Part shown: in pieces, positions 35,901 to 46,494 of the stretch
Layout: every line of letters starts with the position of its first letter
Numbering within the stretch: the first letter of the stretch is position 1
Origin: a virus
Direction: 5' to 3' (one strand)
IMG/VR virus record: IMGVR_UViG_3300028044_000003
Coordinates: 32,001-96,000 of that record
Length of the DNA: 64,000 nucleotides
Program-made: the position numbers and the translations under genes
The notes under the pieces: generated by a model
What the model saw: the letters and a program-made list of their open reading frames with translations, nothing else
The model's database searches: none
Told to the model about the DNA's origin: nothing

Positions 35901-36757
35901 TGATAAAAACTAATTTTCCAAGGCCGTTATCAGAGTTGATAGCGGCCCCATTACCTCAACAAACTGAAACATATACTGTGATTTCACACAAGTTTGTAGA
36001 TGACGAGGTTAAAAGAAAGCTCCTAGAGCATAATTTTACTATTGAGAAAACAGAGTATCGTTCTAATCACGATTCTACTGTAGCCTCTGGTATATACTTC
36101 ATCCAATACGGAAACGATCCCGAATTGTCAATGATGGTAAGTTGGGTAAACTCTTATGATAAAAGTACCAGTTTTGGTTTTACCGTAGGAGCTTATAATA
36201 AATTAAATATGGGTGCAATAGTACCTGCAGATGCTAGTTTATGGTCCAGGGTTCACACTGGAGACGCGGTTAATGTGGTAAAAGACTATATTCATGAGCA
36301 AATAGTAAGTGCTGATAAGTTTTATAATCAATTGATTTTGGATAAGAATAAAATGATGGGTATAAAGATCTCTAAGAGAACTTTTTCAGAGTTAATCGGA
36401 AGGTTATTCTTTGAACACAGTCTTCTAACAAACTTTTCTTTAACTACTATAAAAAAGGAGTACAAGAAACCATCGTTTGTTTATTCTAACCCAGGGTCTT
36501 TATGGTTTAATTACTGTCATATAATCTATGCACTGAGACAACACGCGCATCCTTCTGAATGGATAGAAACGATGAAGATGATTCACTTCGCTATTTGTCA
36601 AGATTTTAATTTATTTGATTATGATGAAGAAGTAAAAACTCCTTCTAATCAGATCGATCTTGAAGATATGATTGCTGAAGTTAAAAAAGAACAAGAAGAA
36701 GGTTTAGTAGTATTAGGTTCAGGTTCTGATTTTGATATCGATAAAGAAACATTATGA
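35900..36757 (+). CDS. DUF932-like protein
   Basis: YTVISH, NSYDKS, SLWFNY pattern. Confidence 0.6.
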   Translation: MIKTNFPRPLSELIAAPLPQQTETYTVISHKFVDDEVKRKLLEHNFTIEKTEYRSNHDSTVASGIYFIQYGNDPELSMMVSWVNSYDKSTSFGFTVGAYNKLNMGAIVPADASLWSRVHTGDAVNVVKDYIHEQIVSADKFYNQLILDKNKMMGIKISKRTFSELIGRLFFEHSLLTNFSLTTIKKEYKKPSFVYSNPGSLWFNYCHIIYALRQHAHPSEWIETMKMIHFAICQDFNLFDYDEEVKTPSNQIDLEDMIAEVKKEQEEGLVVLGSGSDFDIDKETL

Positions 36758-37155
36758 TAAAATTATTTCTAGATGATGAAAGAGTTCCGTTAGATTGTTA
36801 CTCTTATATGCAAAAGCGAGATTCTGAATTATATCATCATTATAAAGAAAATGATTGGATTATACTAAGAAATCACGATCAGTTTATTAACTGGATAACT
36901 AAAAACGGATTACCAGATTTAATATCTTTTGATCACGATTTAATTCATGAGCACTATAGTCCGTTGTGTCATATACCGAAGCAGTATAACAAGCTTTATA
37001 TGACTTTCAAACAGAAAACCGGCTTACATTCAGCTCGTTGGTTATTGATATATTGTTCCAAGAATAATCTTAAAATTCCAAGATACATGGTACACACCAT
37101 GAATCCGACCGGTCACGATAATATCCATTTAATGTTAAACAAAGTACTAGATTAA
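36754..37155 (+). CDS. cyclic-phosphate-processing receiver (cREC-type) domain protein
   Basis: LFLDDER, ISFDHDL, TG, HTMNPTG. Confidence 0.75.
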   Translation: MIKLFLDDERVPLDCYSYMQKRDSELYHHYKENDWIILRNHDQFINWITKNGLPDLISFDHDLIHEHYSPLCHIPKQYNKLYMTFKQKTGLHSARWLLIYCSKNNLKIPRYMVHTMNPTGHDNIHLMLNKVLD

Positions 37156-37188
37156 AAAATTAAGGGAACTTCGGTTCCCTTTTTTTTT
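37154..37188. terminator. terminator between the convergent arms, probably bidirectional
   Basis: AAGGGAAC-TTCG-GTTCCCTT with a T run downstream and an A run upstream. Confidence 0.8.
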
Positions 37189-37203
37189 CCTATAGTTACT
37201 CTC

Positions 37204-40200
37204 TTAACCGCCTGCGCTACGATTCTTTATAGAGATTTTTTGTTTGATTTTTTCTATAGGAGAAACGTTAGAACCATCTATACCTATACTTTTAGCTAAT
37301 GTAGTTATAAATTTAGAACCACCTTCTTGCTGCCATTCGTAAGGACCACTATCTCTCTTGTAATAAGCTCTTTCGTTATTCATTAACGTATGATAACCAA
37401 GAGCTCCCATTTTAGAATAAGATTCTATTGTTGGACCAAAAGCTAATGATTGAAAATCTAAAAGTTTAGTATAATCGTCTAATCCAAACCCTGGTAGAGG
37501 TATAAATGTTTCGTTTTCAGATCTAACGTTCATGGCCAGGAGTAAAGCGTGATTCTCAGCCCACCCCATAAGTCTGAAAGGATGTTCAGGATCATCAGCT
37601 ATAAATGGTAAAGGCAAATCACCACTTTTTTCTCTTAGTTTTTCATATTTTTCATCATCATCTTCATCCCAACCAAATAATGGTAATAATAATGATTGTA
37701 TAAATATCAGACCCATTATTTCTAACGGCATTCTTAACATATTAAATCTTTCTTCCTGGTTCATTATACCCCATTGTTCGCTTGTATTTTTTGATAACCT
37801 ATAAAGATTTCTTAGAGTACTGATATAAAATCCCATTTTTAATTCATTAAGACCCGGGTTATATCTTGGTCTTATATTTCCGGATAAAGGATCTCCAGCA
37901 AATGCAAATCTTTCTACAAACATTGTAGTAAAAAACTTCTTTAGGTAAGATATAAATCTAAAGAATAAAAATCCTTGAGCTAACGGTTGGTTCATGTTAG
38001 CGTAATTACCTTCTAAAGATTGCTGAACAATATTAAACTTATTAAGCATGTCTTTAAACTTAGCACCAGTAGCTATAGTAAGTTCAGTACCTGGTTCTAC
38101 ATCATTAAAATTTTCTAAACCTAATCTTTTTTTCAATTCGTCTATAGGAATGTTGTATCTAGTAGAAATAGAATCCATCGTATCACCAGTTACAAATAAA
38201 TGTGTTGTTTTTCTAGGCCCATAATCAGGATCTATACCTTCTTTAATAGTTAAAACGCCATCACGTATTTCCCAGGCATCCATATACGCTATAGGTTTGT
38301 CATATTGATAAACCGTTTGTTTGTACATCATGGCCCCAAATAAAGATGTTTCAGATTGACCCTGTAACCACTCTCTAAAGTTATACAACCATGACATACC
38401 TAATACATCAGATGGTAAAGATCTTGAAGCAGCTCTTGCAAAACTTTCTCTCGGATCTTTCATACTAACCTGGAAAAGTTCTGTTAATTGTACATTTAAA
38501 GTTTTAGCTCCTATTTGATAAATTTGAGGACCCATACCTTCAGAAGCAGAACCAAAACTTTTTTCACTCATTACTTTAAATGCCCATGCTTCACCTTTAG
38601 CTATAGATTTAGGATCTATATATTTACCTCCAGACATTAATAACATCTTCTGATACTTAGAACCCAAGTAATCTTTTAAAGCGGCTGGAATATTTAAAGC
38701 AAACATTGCCATCGAAGCTCTACCAAAAATAAATTTAGAGAATGTTTGTATTGGTTTACTATTTTTACCAAATCCTAATAGTCTTTCATCATAAAACTCT
38801 CGTTTCATTAGAGTTTCGTAAATATTACTTCTAACATTAGAATCTCCTTTAACAAACTCGATAGCGTTATTAAGAAAATTCTTTTTATCAAGTTTTTCTA
38901 ACTCTTTTGGAGTGTTTGTTTTTAATACCTGGTCTAAAGCTTTGGCTATAGGATGTATCTCAATTAACTTTTCTTGTTTAATCAAAGATGATGCGTAAGC
39001 ATACATGCTAGTTATAAAATCGGTAGATACATCATCTATCGGAATATTATAGAGACCTTGAACAGGAATAGTATCTGGTTCAATCCCTTCAGAAGTTACT
39101 CTTACTAAATCATAATCTAAATCAGGATTTAAAGTTTCTAAACCATCATCTTTAGCTTTTTGATAAAACTGTCTAATCCTTCTAATGATGTATTCGAATA
39201 TAGGAAACTTTTTACCTAATGTTTTACTAATACCCCTTTGTCTATCTTCTTTAGAAGTTATAATTTTTTCGTACAAAGAAGATTCAAAACGAGGAAAATC
39301 GTAATATAATCTAGATCTTACCGGTTTACCTTCTTGGTTTTTTAAATGAAACTCTTTTACTTTTTCTAGAAGTTTGAATAACTTACCGTCTCTGGAATCG
39401 GGACTGGCGTTTTTAAGTTCGTAGTATCTTTCATTACGAAACGGAGAATCTGGTAATTCTTTAGGTAACCATTCTTTTGTATTAGTAACAGTTTTTCCTA
39501 CAATCTTTTCAGTTCTAAGTTTAACTACATTACCGTTTTCATCAGTGTATTCTTTCTTAACTACTTTACGAATGTATTTATAATTAGGTATTCTATTAAT
39601 ACTTACTACATCTCCATTACTATAAGTAACTTCTCTTTTTTTATAATACTCATCACCCACAGGAGTTTTAACGGTCCATATATTTAACCTTTTCCAAACT
39701 TCTATTTCATTATCACGATCTTTATCATAATAAACTTCTTGATAGTGGTTTTTTTCAAACCACGCTTTAAACTCAGGACTAGCTTTAAAAAGCTCTTTTA
39801 GTACTTCGTTGTCTAAACCCAAAATATTTTCATAAAGTCTATCAACATTACTTATAGTTATTTCATTAACGTCCTGACCAAAATTTTTTAACATAAAATC
39901 GTCAGGTAATCCTTCAATATTTTTAATCTTGTCGTTTAATATATCAAGATAATATTCAGTTGGTTCTTTAGAACTCATATCTGATATCTCCTGGACTAAC
40001 AGATTATAACGTTCTAAATCTTTATCATTTATACCGGCTTTTCTTTTTCTAGCTTTAGCGGTTGCGTAAAGAGATGATATCAACTGCTGTATTCCAGGTA
40101 TTCCCCGATCTAATGAACGATATAATCCTCTTAATTGAGCACTTTCTTTTTTAGTAAAACCGTTAACGTTTAGTATGTCTTGTCTAAGAGAGTTTATTTG

Positions 40201-43200
40201 TTCTTGTATATCAGCTAAAGTATCAATTTGTTCTTCAGACATTATAGTACCATCAGGAGTATTGTTATCATCCTTACTAATATTAACCATTGATATTTGT
40301 TGCTCAAGTAGTTTTGATATTTTTTCCATAGCCTCTCGTTGTTTATCACCTTGAGGCATTCTATCTTTTATAGCGTTTAACTGTTGAATCTTTTCTCTAA
40401 GAACATTATAATAAATTACTTTACCATCCGCATCTACTTTTAATCTTTGATAAGTATTTTCTTTTAACCACTCATCTTCTCTTCTTCGTATTTCTTCAGC
40501 CTGGGTTACCGGATCTAATAGCTCTACAGTTATCAATCTGTCTTTAAAAGCGTTAAACTCATTCTCAAAAACACCAATTCTCTCCCTTTCTTCATAAAAG
40601 TTTCTAGTAAGCTTTCTATGTTCGATTAATATATCAGTTATTTTTCTATCAAACTCGTTTTTAAAATTACCATTACGATCATAGTAACTATACATTTCTT
40701 TATATCTGATACGAAGCGCTCTTAGGTTTTCTGCTACAAGAGCTTCGTCATCAAGTGCTAAGTCAGGGTCAGTTTGGGCGTTAAGATCATTAAACCAATT
40801 ATCTCTTAATTCTCTGGCAGCAGCACCTTCCGCGGAGTTTTTAAATATATCATCCTTAGCATAAAACACATCAGTATAAGGTTGGTGAAACCACTTTCTT
40901 AAATATTCTAGATACTCTGTCTTTTTTTGATTTAGTTCTTTTTCAATTTCAGAATCACGAGTTCTATCATATTCTTCTTTTAATTGTCTTATTTCTAACT
41001 TTTTTTGAGAAATAGTATAATCAACATCTTTAAACTTATCTATAAAAGCCCATACTTCTTTAGGTTTAATTTCACCATCTTCTTCAAAACCTCTTTTATC
41101 TTTAAAACCAATTTCCCTACCCAACTTACCCTGTTGTCTTTGAGTATATCCAAGAGCATCTAAAAGAGGCTTTAATACTTCAGTTTGATTATAGTAAGTA
41201 TCAAAACTTTTTACATTAACTTCTATAAGGGCATCCTTAAGAAACTTAGCAAAACCTCCAATAACTGGATCACTCTGATACATATATCCTTCCAACCATC
41301 CGTTAAAATAATTTGAATCACCGAGGTTACCTTTTAATGTTTCTAGTATTTTTTCTTTGGTGAGAATAACACCTTCCGTATACATTTTCCTTTTTAAACG
41401 TTCTAACTGAGCTTTATCTTTTATATTTAAACTACGCGCAGAACTTAAACGATCGTAAGTTTCTTTTTCACTAATAGTTAAACCGTAATATTCTTTATGA
41501 TAAGCTTCGATTTGAGATTGAGGAGCTCCGTTTAATTGTAAAGTCCTGATAATTTCTGTATAGTATTTATCATTTCTTTCAGCCATATCTTCCCACTGTT
41601 CCCAAAGAACTTGACCCACACCTTTTAAGTAACCGGTTTCATTATCACCCTGTACTTCTTTACGGGCGTTTTCAAGGTTTTCATCAATATTATTTACAAA
41701 AGAATAAATAGGATCATCTGTTTTTAATTTCAAGTCATTATTAAAAACATTCATAGTATTCTTAGTAAAGTTCGACCAGTAGTTTATGATGTTTTCATAG
41801 TATTTTAACTTTTTAATATAATCTAAATTCTGCTTTTTAGTAAGATCTGATAAGTCTGAGTTTATAACTTTAATATGTTCTCTAAGTTTGGAAACCATGT
41901 TTTCTACACGGTTCAGAGTAACTACAAATCGATTAGCCCTGTCTTTAGTAAGCTCTAAATCTTTTTCCAGTTCTAATTTTAACTTATTAAGATTCTGTGT
42001 AAGATCGTATAAATCACCTCTCTGATACTCATCTTTTAAAGCTTCAATCAACTCTTTGTCTTTCAAAGGATTCATAGCTCTGATAGTACCCCTGGCTTTA
42101 TCGTACATGTCTTTTACTATTTCGAACACCGGTGCCGCGTTATCATTAGTAACATCCATGATACTCTTAATTAACTCAGCATTGTTATTCTGATAAGCAA
42201 CAATATCACCTTGAGTTATTTTTGTAGAATCTAGTTCAAACTGCTCATCATCTAGTAATATTTCGGCCAGGTCATATAGTGTAGAGTTTTCATTAATTCT
42301 ACTTACCGGTTTGTTACCGAAAAGTTTGTTCAAGAAAGTTCTAAGACCTGTGAAAAATCTTTGTATTAGTGTAGGTAGTATGTTATCCGGTTTAATACCC
42401 TGAGCTTTTTTACTAGCTGATAATTGTATTGCTTTTACTAATACTTCTTCTTTTACAATTCCTGAGTTGTCTTGGACTCCTGAATATTCATCCAGGGTTT
42501 GTTGTAGTATCACCTGTCCTTCCGGCGTGGCTATAAACTTCTCGTATAAATCATTCATTAAACGAGGGTTTTCTACCATAAGAGCTCTTACAAAAGGGTG
42601 AGCAAACTCGTGGAACTGTGTTTCAAAGTCAATATTGTTTCCGACAAAGTATACTTTACCTCCCAAGAAGAAAGCTTTTTGACCTTTCCAAGGATTTTTT
42701 GTACCGGTGGTTAGTTCAAAAGCTTTGTCTGAAGTAATTATTTGAAAAGGTACTCTTAACTTATTTGATAATTTTTCAGCGATTTGAAATACGATACTAA
42801 GAGAACGGTCTTCTTCTGACGCATTTGGTTCTATTTCCTGGATCGAATTTTCTCTAATAAATTCTTCTCTTAATTGATCATAAACATCTTCAGAAGTTAT
42901 TGTATCACTATCAACTTTATTATCTATAAATGTATTTTTATTACTAAATGTAAAATGTCTAAACCCTTTAATATTAGCAAAACTACCATCACTTTTTCTA
43001 TTAAATGGAATATAATTAGCAAAGTCTCGAATATCTTTAGCCCTACCCATTTTTATTTTAGATTCGAAAATAGGTTCCCAATCTTGAAACCCTTTTTCGT
43101 TTTTATCTAATTCTAAATCAGATACAAAAAATAAATCAATAAGATATCCATCAATACTCCCAGTTATTGTTACATCGTTTTTTTTTAATCCTTTAAAACT

Positions 43201-46200
43201 ATTTGTTATTTTAAATGAAGGATATTCTTTTTTTATAGAGTTTAATAAAGGATGTTTTTTATAGTTTTTTGCAAGTTCTTTTTGAAATTTTTCCATCAAA
43301 AATATCTTACCTGTTTCTGAAGCCCCTTCAAATTGAGATTTTATGTCTTTATATAACTTGTTAAAATAATCACCTTGTTTATCTAAAGTCACCGTAAAAT
43401 CTAAGTCGTGTAAATCTTCAGTTATTTCTCTATAAAGAGTACCTTGTTTTCTTAAACTCAAACTTCCTGTAAGTAATAAACCTAATTTTTGAAATTTTGA
43501 TATTATTTCTTTGGCTTTTTCATCTTTTTCAATAGTATTGTTATAATTAGTTATTTGTTGTTCTGTATCTAAAATCGTTCCAAACTTATCAAAAGTATTA
43601 TTTAACACATCGTTTGCAATATCAGATAATAAATTTTGTAGTTCGTCATTAGTTAATTTAGTATTTAGAAATAATTTTTCTAAAAACTGTTTTACTTTAG
43701 ATAAATAATATTTAATTTGTTTTTCTAACTTACTATTACCATCTATTCTCCAGTAATCGGCTTTTCGATTTTGATAACTATCTCTAGGATTTTCAAAATT
43801 ATTTTTGATTGCGTCAGCTATAAAATCTATAACTATTAATTCTTTTATAGTATAATCATTTAACTGAGGACTTCTTTTTTTATAATCTTCAAAAATTTGT
43901 TGATAGTTATTAATATTTTCAATACTATAAACTAAATCTGTTCTAATCTTATTTTTTTTACCTAAAAAACTGTAAGCAACATAAGCCGTTTCTTTTAATA
44001 ATCCTTCGTCTTTAAAATTATTTTTTATTCGAATAGTTTTATATAATAGATCTGTTACTGCTAAAGGATTAAATTCGTGTAATAATTCGTTTTTAAATTC
44101 TGTTGTAAAGTTTAAACTATTAAGGAAATCAATTAATTTAGACGATAATAAATCTTCAAAATTTATTTGTTCTTCTACTCCTGGTTTAACGTTAGTAAAA
44201 GATTGAGTAACAAACTCTCTAAATCCTTCTATGTCTTGTTTAGAACCTAATATGTGAATTTGTTCAGGTTCAAATATAAGACCTATATCACCTGGAGTTA
44301 TAATAGAATCATATCCGTTCTGTATAAATTTATCTTTATATTTTTGCTCTAAGGAATCGTACTGTAAGCTATCATCTTCAATATAAGGATTTTTTAAATT
44401 TAACAACAATCTTTTTATTTTATCTCCAAATATACCACTCGACTTATAATAACTAAAATATATACCCGGTGTTTCTATTGCAAAATTTAAATCGAATTTT
44501 TCAAAATCCGCTTTACCTTCATGATAAACAATATCTTTTACTTTGCTATCAGAAAATATAGTGTCTAGATATTGAGAGTATAGTTGCTGAGCTTGTTGCT
44601 TTTGTTGTGGGGTTATTTCTTTAGTGAAATCATAACCTTCATCATTAGTAGTAAACCCTTTTGATTTTAAAAATGTTTTTAAATCATTTAATAATTCATC
44701 TCTTAATTTATCTCTATTTTCTAATGCTTTGTCTCCAATATCTTCTATGGAATGTGTTTCTGTGTAAAATGGTCTTATTAATGTAAATTTAACTGCTCCT
44801 AAAGAAATTGCTTTATTTATTTTAGGTATAAATAAATCTAACAATTCATTTATTTTATCTGCTTCAAAATCATAAATTTCTGGCTTTAAAGCTACTTGAG
44901 CATTTTTAAAATCTTTATCATCATATTCTGGAATTCTTTCATCATTAGTAATGATTGCTTTAGATTTAACTACGGTATTAAAACCTAAAGCTTCATATAC
45001 AGCATTAGCTAATTCAGGATTAGAATCAAATAGTTCTTCTACTCCTGGTTTAATTTGTCCTAATGAATAATATAAATAATTAGGGTTTGAAAAATAATCA
45101 TTAAATGAAGTTTTAAAATCAATAAGGTCTCTAATATCTTTATTTCTACCTATATCCATCTTAGCTTCAAAAGTATCTTGCCATCTCATGTCTCCAAATG
45201 TATTTTTATTAGATGGAGGATTGATATTTATAAAAAAGTCAACAGGCATACCTTTGATTATTAAAGTATGAGTTGTTTTTTCACCTTTACTAAATACTTG
45301 AGCTTGATTTGTTTTTGGATTTATTTTATAGGTTAAATCTGGAAAAGTAGATTTTACTAAATCTAACCAGTTATCTTGTAATTCTTTTGGTACTTGCCAA
45401 TCTAAGTCATGCAAGTTATCATTAGATTCTCTATATACAGTTCCTTCATTTGAAAGAGCTGGAGAACCTGTAAACATAAAACCTAAAGAATTTAATTTAT
45501 GATATATTTTATTTATAGTAGAATTATTTTCTAACACTTCTTTTAAAGATACAACAGTTTCTCCTTTTCTAGCTCTACTAGAATTATTAACTATTTTAGA
45601 TGTATTATTAAATAATATATCATCTACAATTTCATTTATTACAGCATCAAAAGGTCTAATGTTAACTTTATTAACACCTTTAGTTTCAATACCTCTTTGC
45701 TTTAAAAATCTATCAACAGCTTTGTAATAATCTGATTTCCATATTTTATTAAATAAAGCTAGTATACCATTAATAATAGTTTCTAAAGTTGTTAGCTTTT
45801 TATCTTGCTTTGTTTTTTTAGTTCTATCTTTATTTTCTACTATTCTTTCAGCTAAAAGTTTACTAAGTATTTCAACTTTTAATTTTCTTTCATTGTTTTT
45901 ATAGATAGGATCATTTTTATATAAATCATAATACTGTTGGTATTTTTCCCAACTAGCTATATTTTCTAATGCTCTTCTAATTAATGGAGATGCTTCAGCG
46001 TGTTTGCTAGCACCCATAAACTCAATTGCAAAAGTAGCAACCTCTTCAGCATAATCTAAAGTGTTATATTTGTTAGAATCAAGAAATACAGCTTTGTGTA
46101 ATATATCAGATACTGCAACAGCATTACTATTTAATCCTTTTTCTTGTAATCTTTTTTGTAAATTATTTACAACTATAGTATCTACATTAATAGATGTTAA

Positions 46201-46485
46201 AAAATCTTTTAATTTATTTTCAAGGTTGTTAGCTAATTCAGGATTAGAATCAAATAGTTCTTGAACACTCGGTTTTACTCCTGGTTTTATTTCTTGTACT
46301 ACTCGTTCACCAGGTTTATTAAAACCCATATTTCTGTCAGAAATCTTTTTAATAACTTCTTCAGGAGTACGTATAACACCATCGTTCTCTAACCAATCCC
46401 TCATTGCTTCAAACTTACCGATCAAAGGATTATTTTCTAAAGCTTTCCACTCTGGAGAATTAAAATTAGGACAAGAATTTTTCAT
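37204..46485 (-). CDS. giant polyvalent virion protein (two nucleotidyltransferase modules, ART-like, zincin, LysM-like)
   Basis: 3093 aa; TGS..L...HDLD twice; VYH..GIYFS..NLKNP..GYDS; HEFAH; GDTMDSISTRYNI. Confidence 0.75.
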   Translation of the reverse strand: MKNSCPNFNSPEWKALENNPLIGKFEAMRDWLENDGVIRTPEEVIKKISDRNMGFNKPGERVVQEIKPGVKPSVQELFDSNPELANNLENKLKDFLTSINVDTIVVNNLQKRLQEKGLNSNAVAVSDILHKAVFLDSNKYNTLDYAEEVATFAIEFMGASKHAEASPLIRRALENIASWEKYQQYYDLYKNDPIYKNNERKLKVEILSKLLAERIVENKDRTKKTKQDKKLTTLETIINGILALFNKIWKSDYYKAVDRFLKQRGIETKGVNKVNIRPFDAVINEIVDDILFNNTSKIVNNSSRARKGETVVSLKEVLENNSTINKIYHKLNSLGFMFTGSPALSNEGTVYRESNDNLHDLDWQVPKELQDNWLDLVKSTFPDLTYKINPKTNQAQVFSKGEKTTHTLIIKGMPVDFFININPPSNKNTFGDMRWQDTFEAKMDIGRNKDIRDLIDFKTSFNDYFSNPNYLYYSLGQIKPGVEELFDSNPELANAVYEALGFNTVVKSKAIITNDERIPEYDDKDFKNAQVALKPEIYDFEADKINELLDLFIPKINKAISLGAVKFTLIRPFYTETHSIEDIGDKALENRDKLRDELLNDLKTFLKSKGFTTNDEGYDFTKEITPQQKQQAQQLYSQYLDTIFSDSKVKDIVYHEGKADFEKFDLNFAIETPGIYFSYYKSSGIFGDKIKRLLLNLKNPYIEDDSLQYDSLEQKYKDKFIQNGYDSIITPGDIGLIFEPEQIHILGSKQDIEGFREFVTQSFTNVKPGVEEQINFEDLLSSKLIDFLNSLNFTTEFKNELLHEFNPLAVTDLLYKTIRIKNNFKDEGLLKETAYVAYSFLGKKNKIRTDLVYSIENINNYQQIFEDYKKRSPQLNDYTIKELIVIDFIADAIKNNFENPRDSYQNRKADYWRIDGNSKLEKQIKYYLSKVKQFLEKLFLNTKLTNDELQNLLSDIANDVLNNTFDKFGTILDTEQQITNYNNTIEKDEKAKEIISKFQKLGLLLTGSLSLRKQGTLYREITEDLHDLDFTVTLDKQGDYFNKLYKDIKSQFEGASETGKIFLMEKFQKELAKNYKKHPLLNSIKKEYPSFKITNSFKGLKKNDVTITGSIDGYLIDLFFVSDLELDKNEKGFQDWEPIFESKIKMGRAKDIRDFANYIPFNRKSDGSFANIKGFRHFTFSNKNTFIDNKVDSDTITSEDVYDQLREEFIRENSIQEIEPNASEEDRSLSIVFQIAEKLSNKLRVPFQIITSDKAFELTTGTKNPWKGQKAFFLGGKVYFVGNNIDFETQFHEFAHPFVRALMVENPRLMNDLYEKFIATPEGQVILQQTLDEYSGVQDNSGIVKEEVLVKAIQLSASKKAQGIKPDNILPTLIQRFFTGLRTFLNKLFGNKPVSRINENSTLYDLAEILLDDEQFELDSTKITQGDIVAYQNNNAELIKSIMDVTNDNAAPVFEIVKDMYDKARGTIRAMNPLKDKELIEALKDEYQRGDLYDLTQNLNKLKLELEKDLELTKDRANRFVVTLNRVENMVSKLREHIKVINSDLSDLTKKQNLDYIKKLKYYENIINYWSNFTKNTMNVFNNDLKLKTDDPIYSFVNNIDENLENARKEVQGDNETGYLKGVGQVLWEQWEDMAERNDKYYTEIIRTLQLNGAPQSQIEAYHKEYYGLTISEKETYDRLSSARSLNIKDKAQLERLKRKMYTEGVILTKEKILETLKGNLGDSNYFNGWLEGYMYQSDPVIGGFAKFLKDALIEVNVKSFDTYYNQTEVLKPLLDALGYTQRQQGKLGREIGFKDKRGFEEDGEIKPKEVWAFIDKFKDVDYTISQKKLEIRQLKEEYDRTRDSEIEKELNQKKTEYLEYLRKWFHQPYTDVFYAKDDIFKNSAEGAAARELRDNWFNDLNAQTDPDLALDDEALVAENLRALRIRYKEMYSYYDRNGNFKNEFDRKITDILIEHRKLTRNFYEERERIGVFENEFNAFKDRLITVELLDPVTQAEEIRRREDEWLKENTYQRLKVDADGKVIYYNVLREKIQQLNAIKDRMPQGDKQREAMEKISKLLEQQISMVNISKDDNNTPDGTIMSEEQIDTLADIQEQINSLRQDILNVNGFTKKESAQLRGLYRSLDRGIPGIQQLISSLYATAKARKRKAGINDKDLERYNLLVQEISDMSSKEPTEYYLDILNDKIKNIEGLPDDFMLKNFGQDVNEITISNVDRLYENILGLDNEVLKELFKASPEFKAWFEKNHYQEVYYDKDRDNEIEVWKRLNIWTVKTPVGDEYYKKREVTYSNGDVVSINRIPNYKYIRKVVKKEYTDENGNVVKLRTEKIVGKTVTNTKEWLPKELPDSPFRNERYYELKNASPDSRDGKLFKLLEKVKEFHLKNQEGKPVRSRLYYDFPRFESSLYEKIITSKEDRQRGISKTLGKKFPIFEYIIRRIRQFYQKAKDDGLETLNPDLDYDLVRVTSEGIEPDTIPVQGLYNIPIDDVSTDFITSMYAYASSLIKQEKLIEIHPIAKALDQVLKTNTPKELEKLDKKNFLNNAIEFVKGDSNVRSNIYETLMKREFYDERLLGFGKNSKPIQTFSKFIFGRASMAMFALNIPAALKDYLGSKYQKMLLMSGGKYIDPKSIAKGEAWAFKVMSEKSFGSASEGMGPQIYQIGAKTLNVQLTELFQVSMKDPRESFARAASRSLPSDVLGMSWLYNFREWLQGQSETSLFGAMMYKQTVYQYDKPIAYMDAWEIRDGVLTIKEGIDPDYGPRKTTHLFVTGDTMDSISTRYNIPIDELKKRLGLENFNDVEPGTELTIATGAKFKDMLNKFNIVQQSLEGNYANMNQPLAQGFLFFRFISYLKKFFTTMFVERFAFAGDPLSGNIRPRYNPGLNELKMGFYISTLRNLYRLSKNTSEQWGIMNQEERFNMLRMPLEIMGLIFIQSLLLPLFGWDEDDDEKYEKLREKSGDLPLPFIADDPEHPFRLMGWAENHALLLAMNVRSENETFIPLPGFGLDDYTKLLDFQSLAFGPTIESYSKMGALGYHTLMNNERAYYKRDSGPYEWQQEGGSKFITTLAKSIGIDGSNVSPIEKIKQKISIKNRSAGG
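44169..45053. repeat. 21-bp perfect intragenic direct repeat pair
   Basis: GTTCTTCTACTCCTGGTTTAA at 44169-44189 and 45033-45053. Confidence 0.85.
45005..46262. repeat. 34-bp perfect intragenic direct repeat pair
   Basis: TTAGCTAATTCAGGATTAGAATCAAATAGTTCTT at 45005-45038 and 46229-46262. Confidence 0.9.
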
Positions 46486-46494
46486 TGAATTTGA

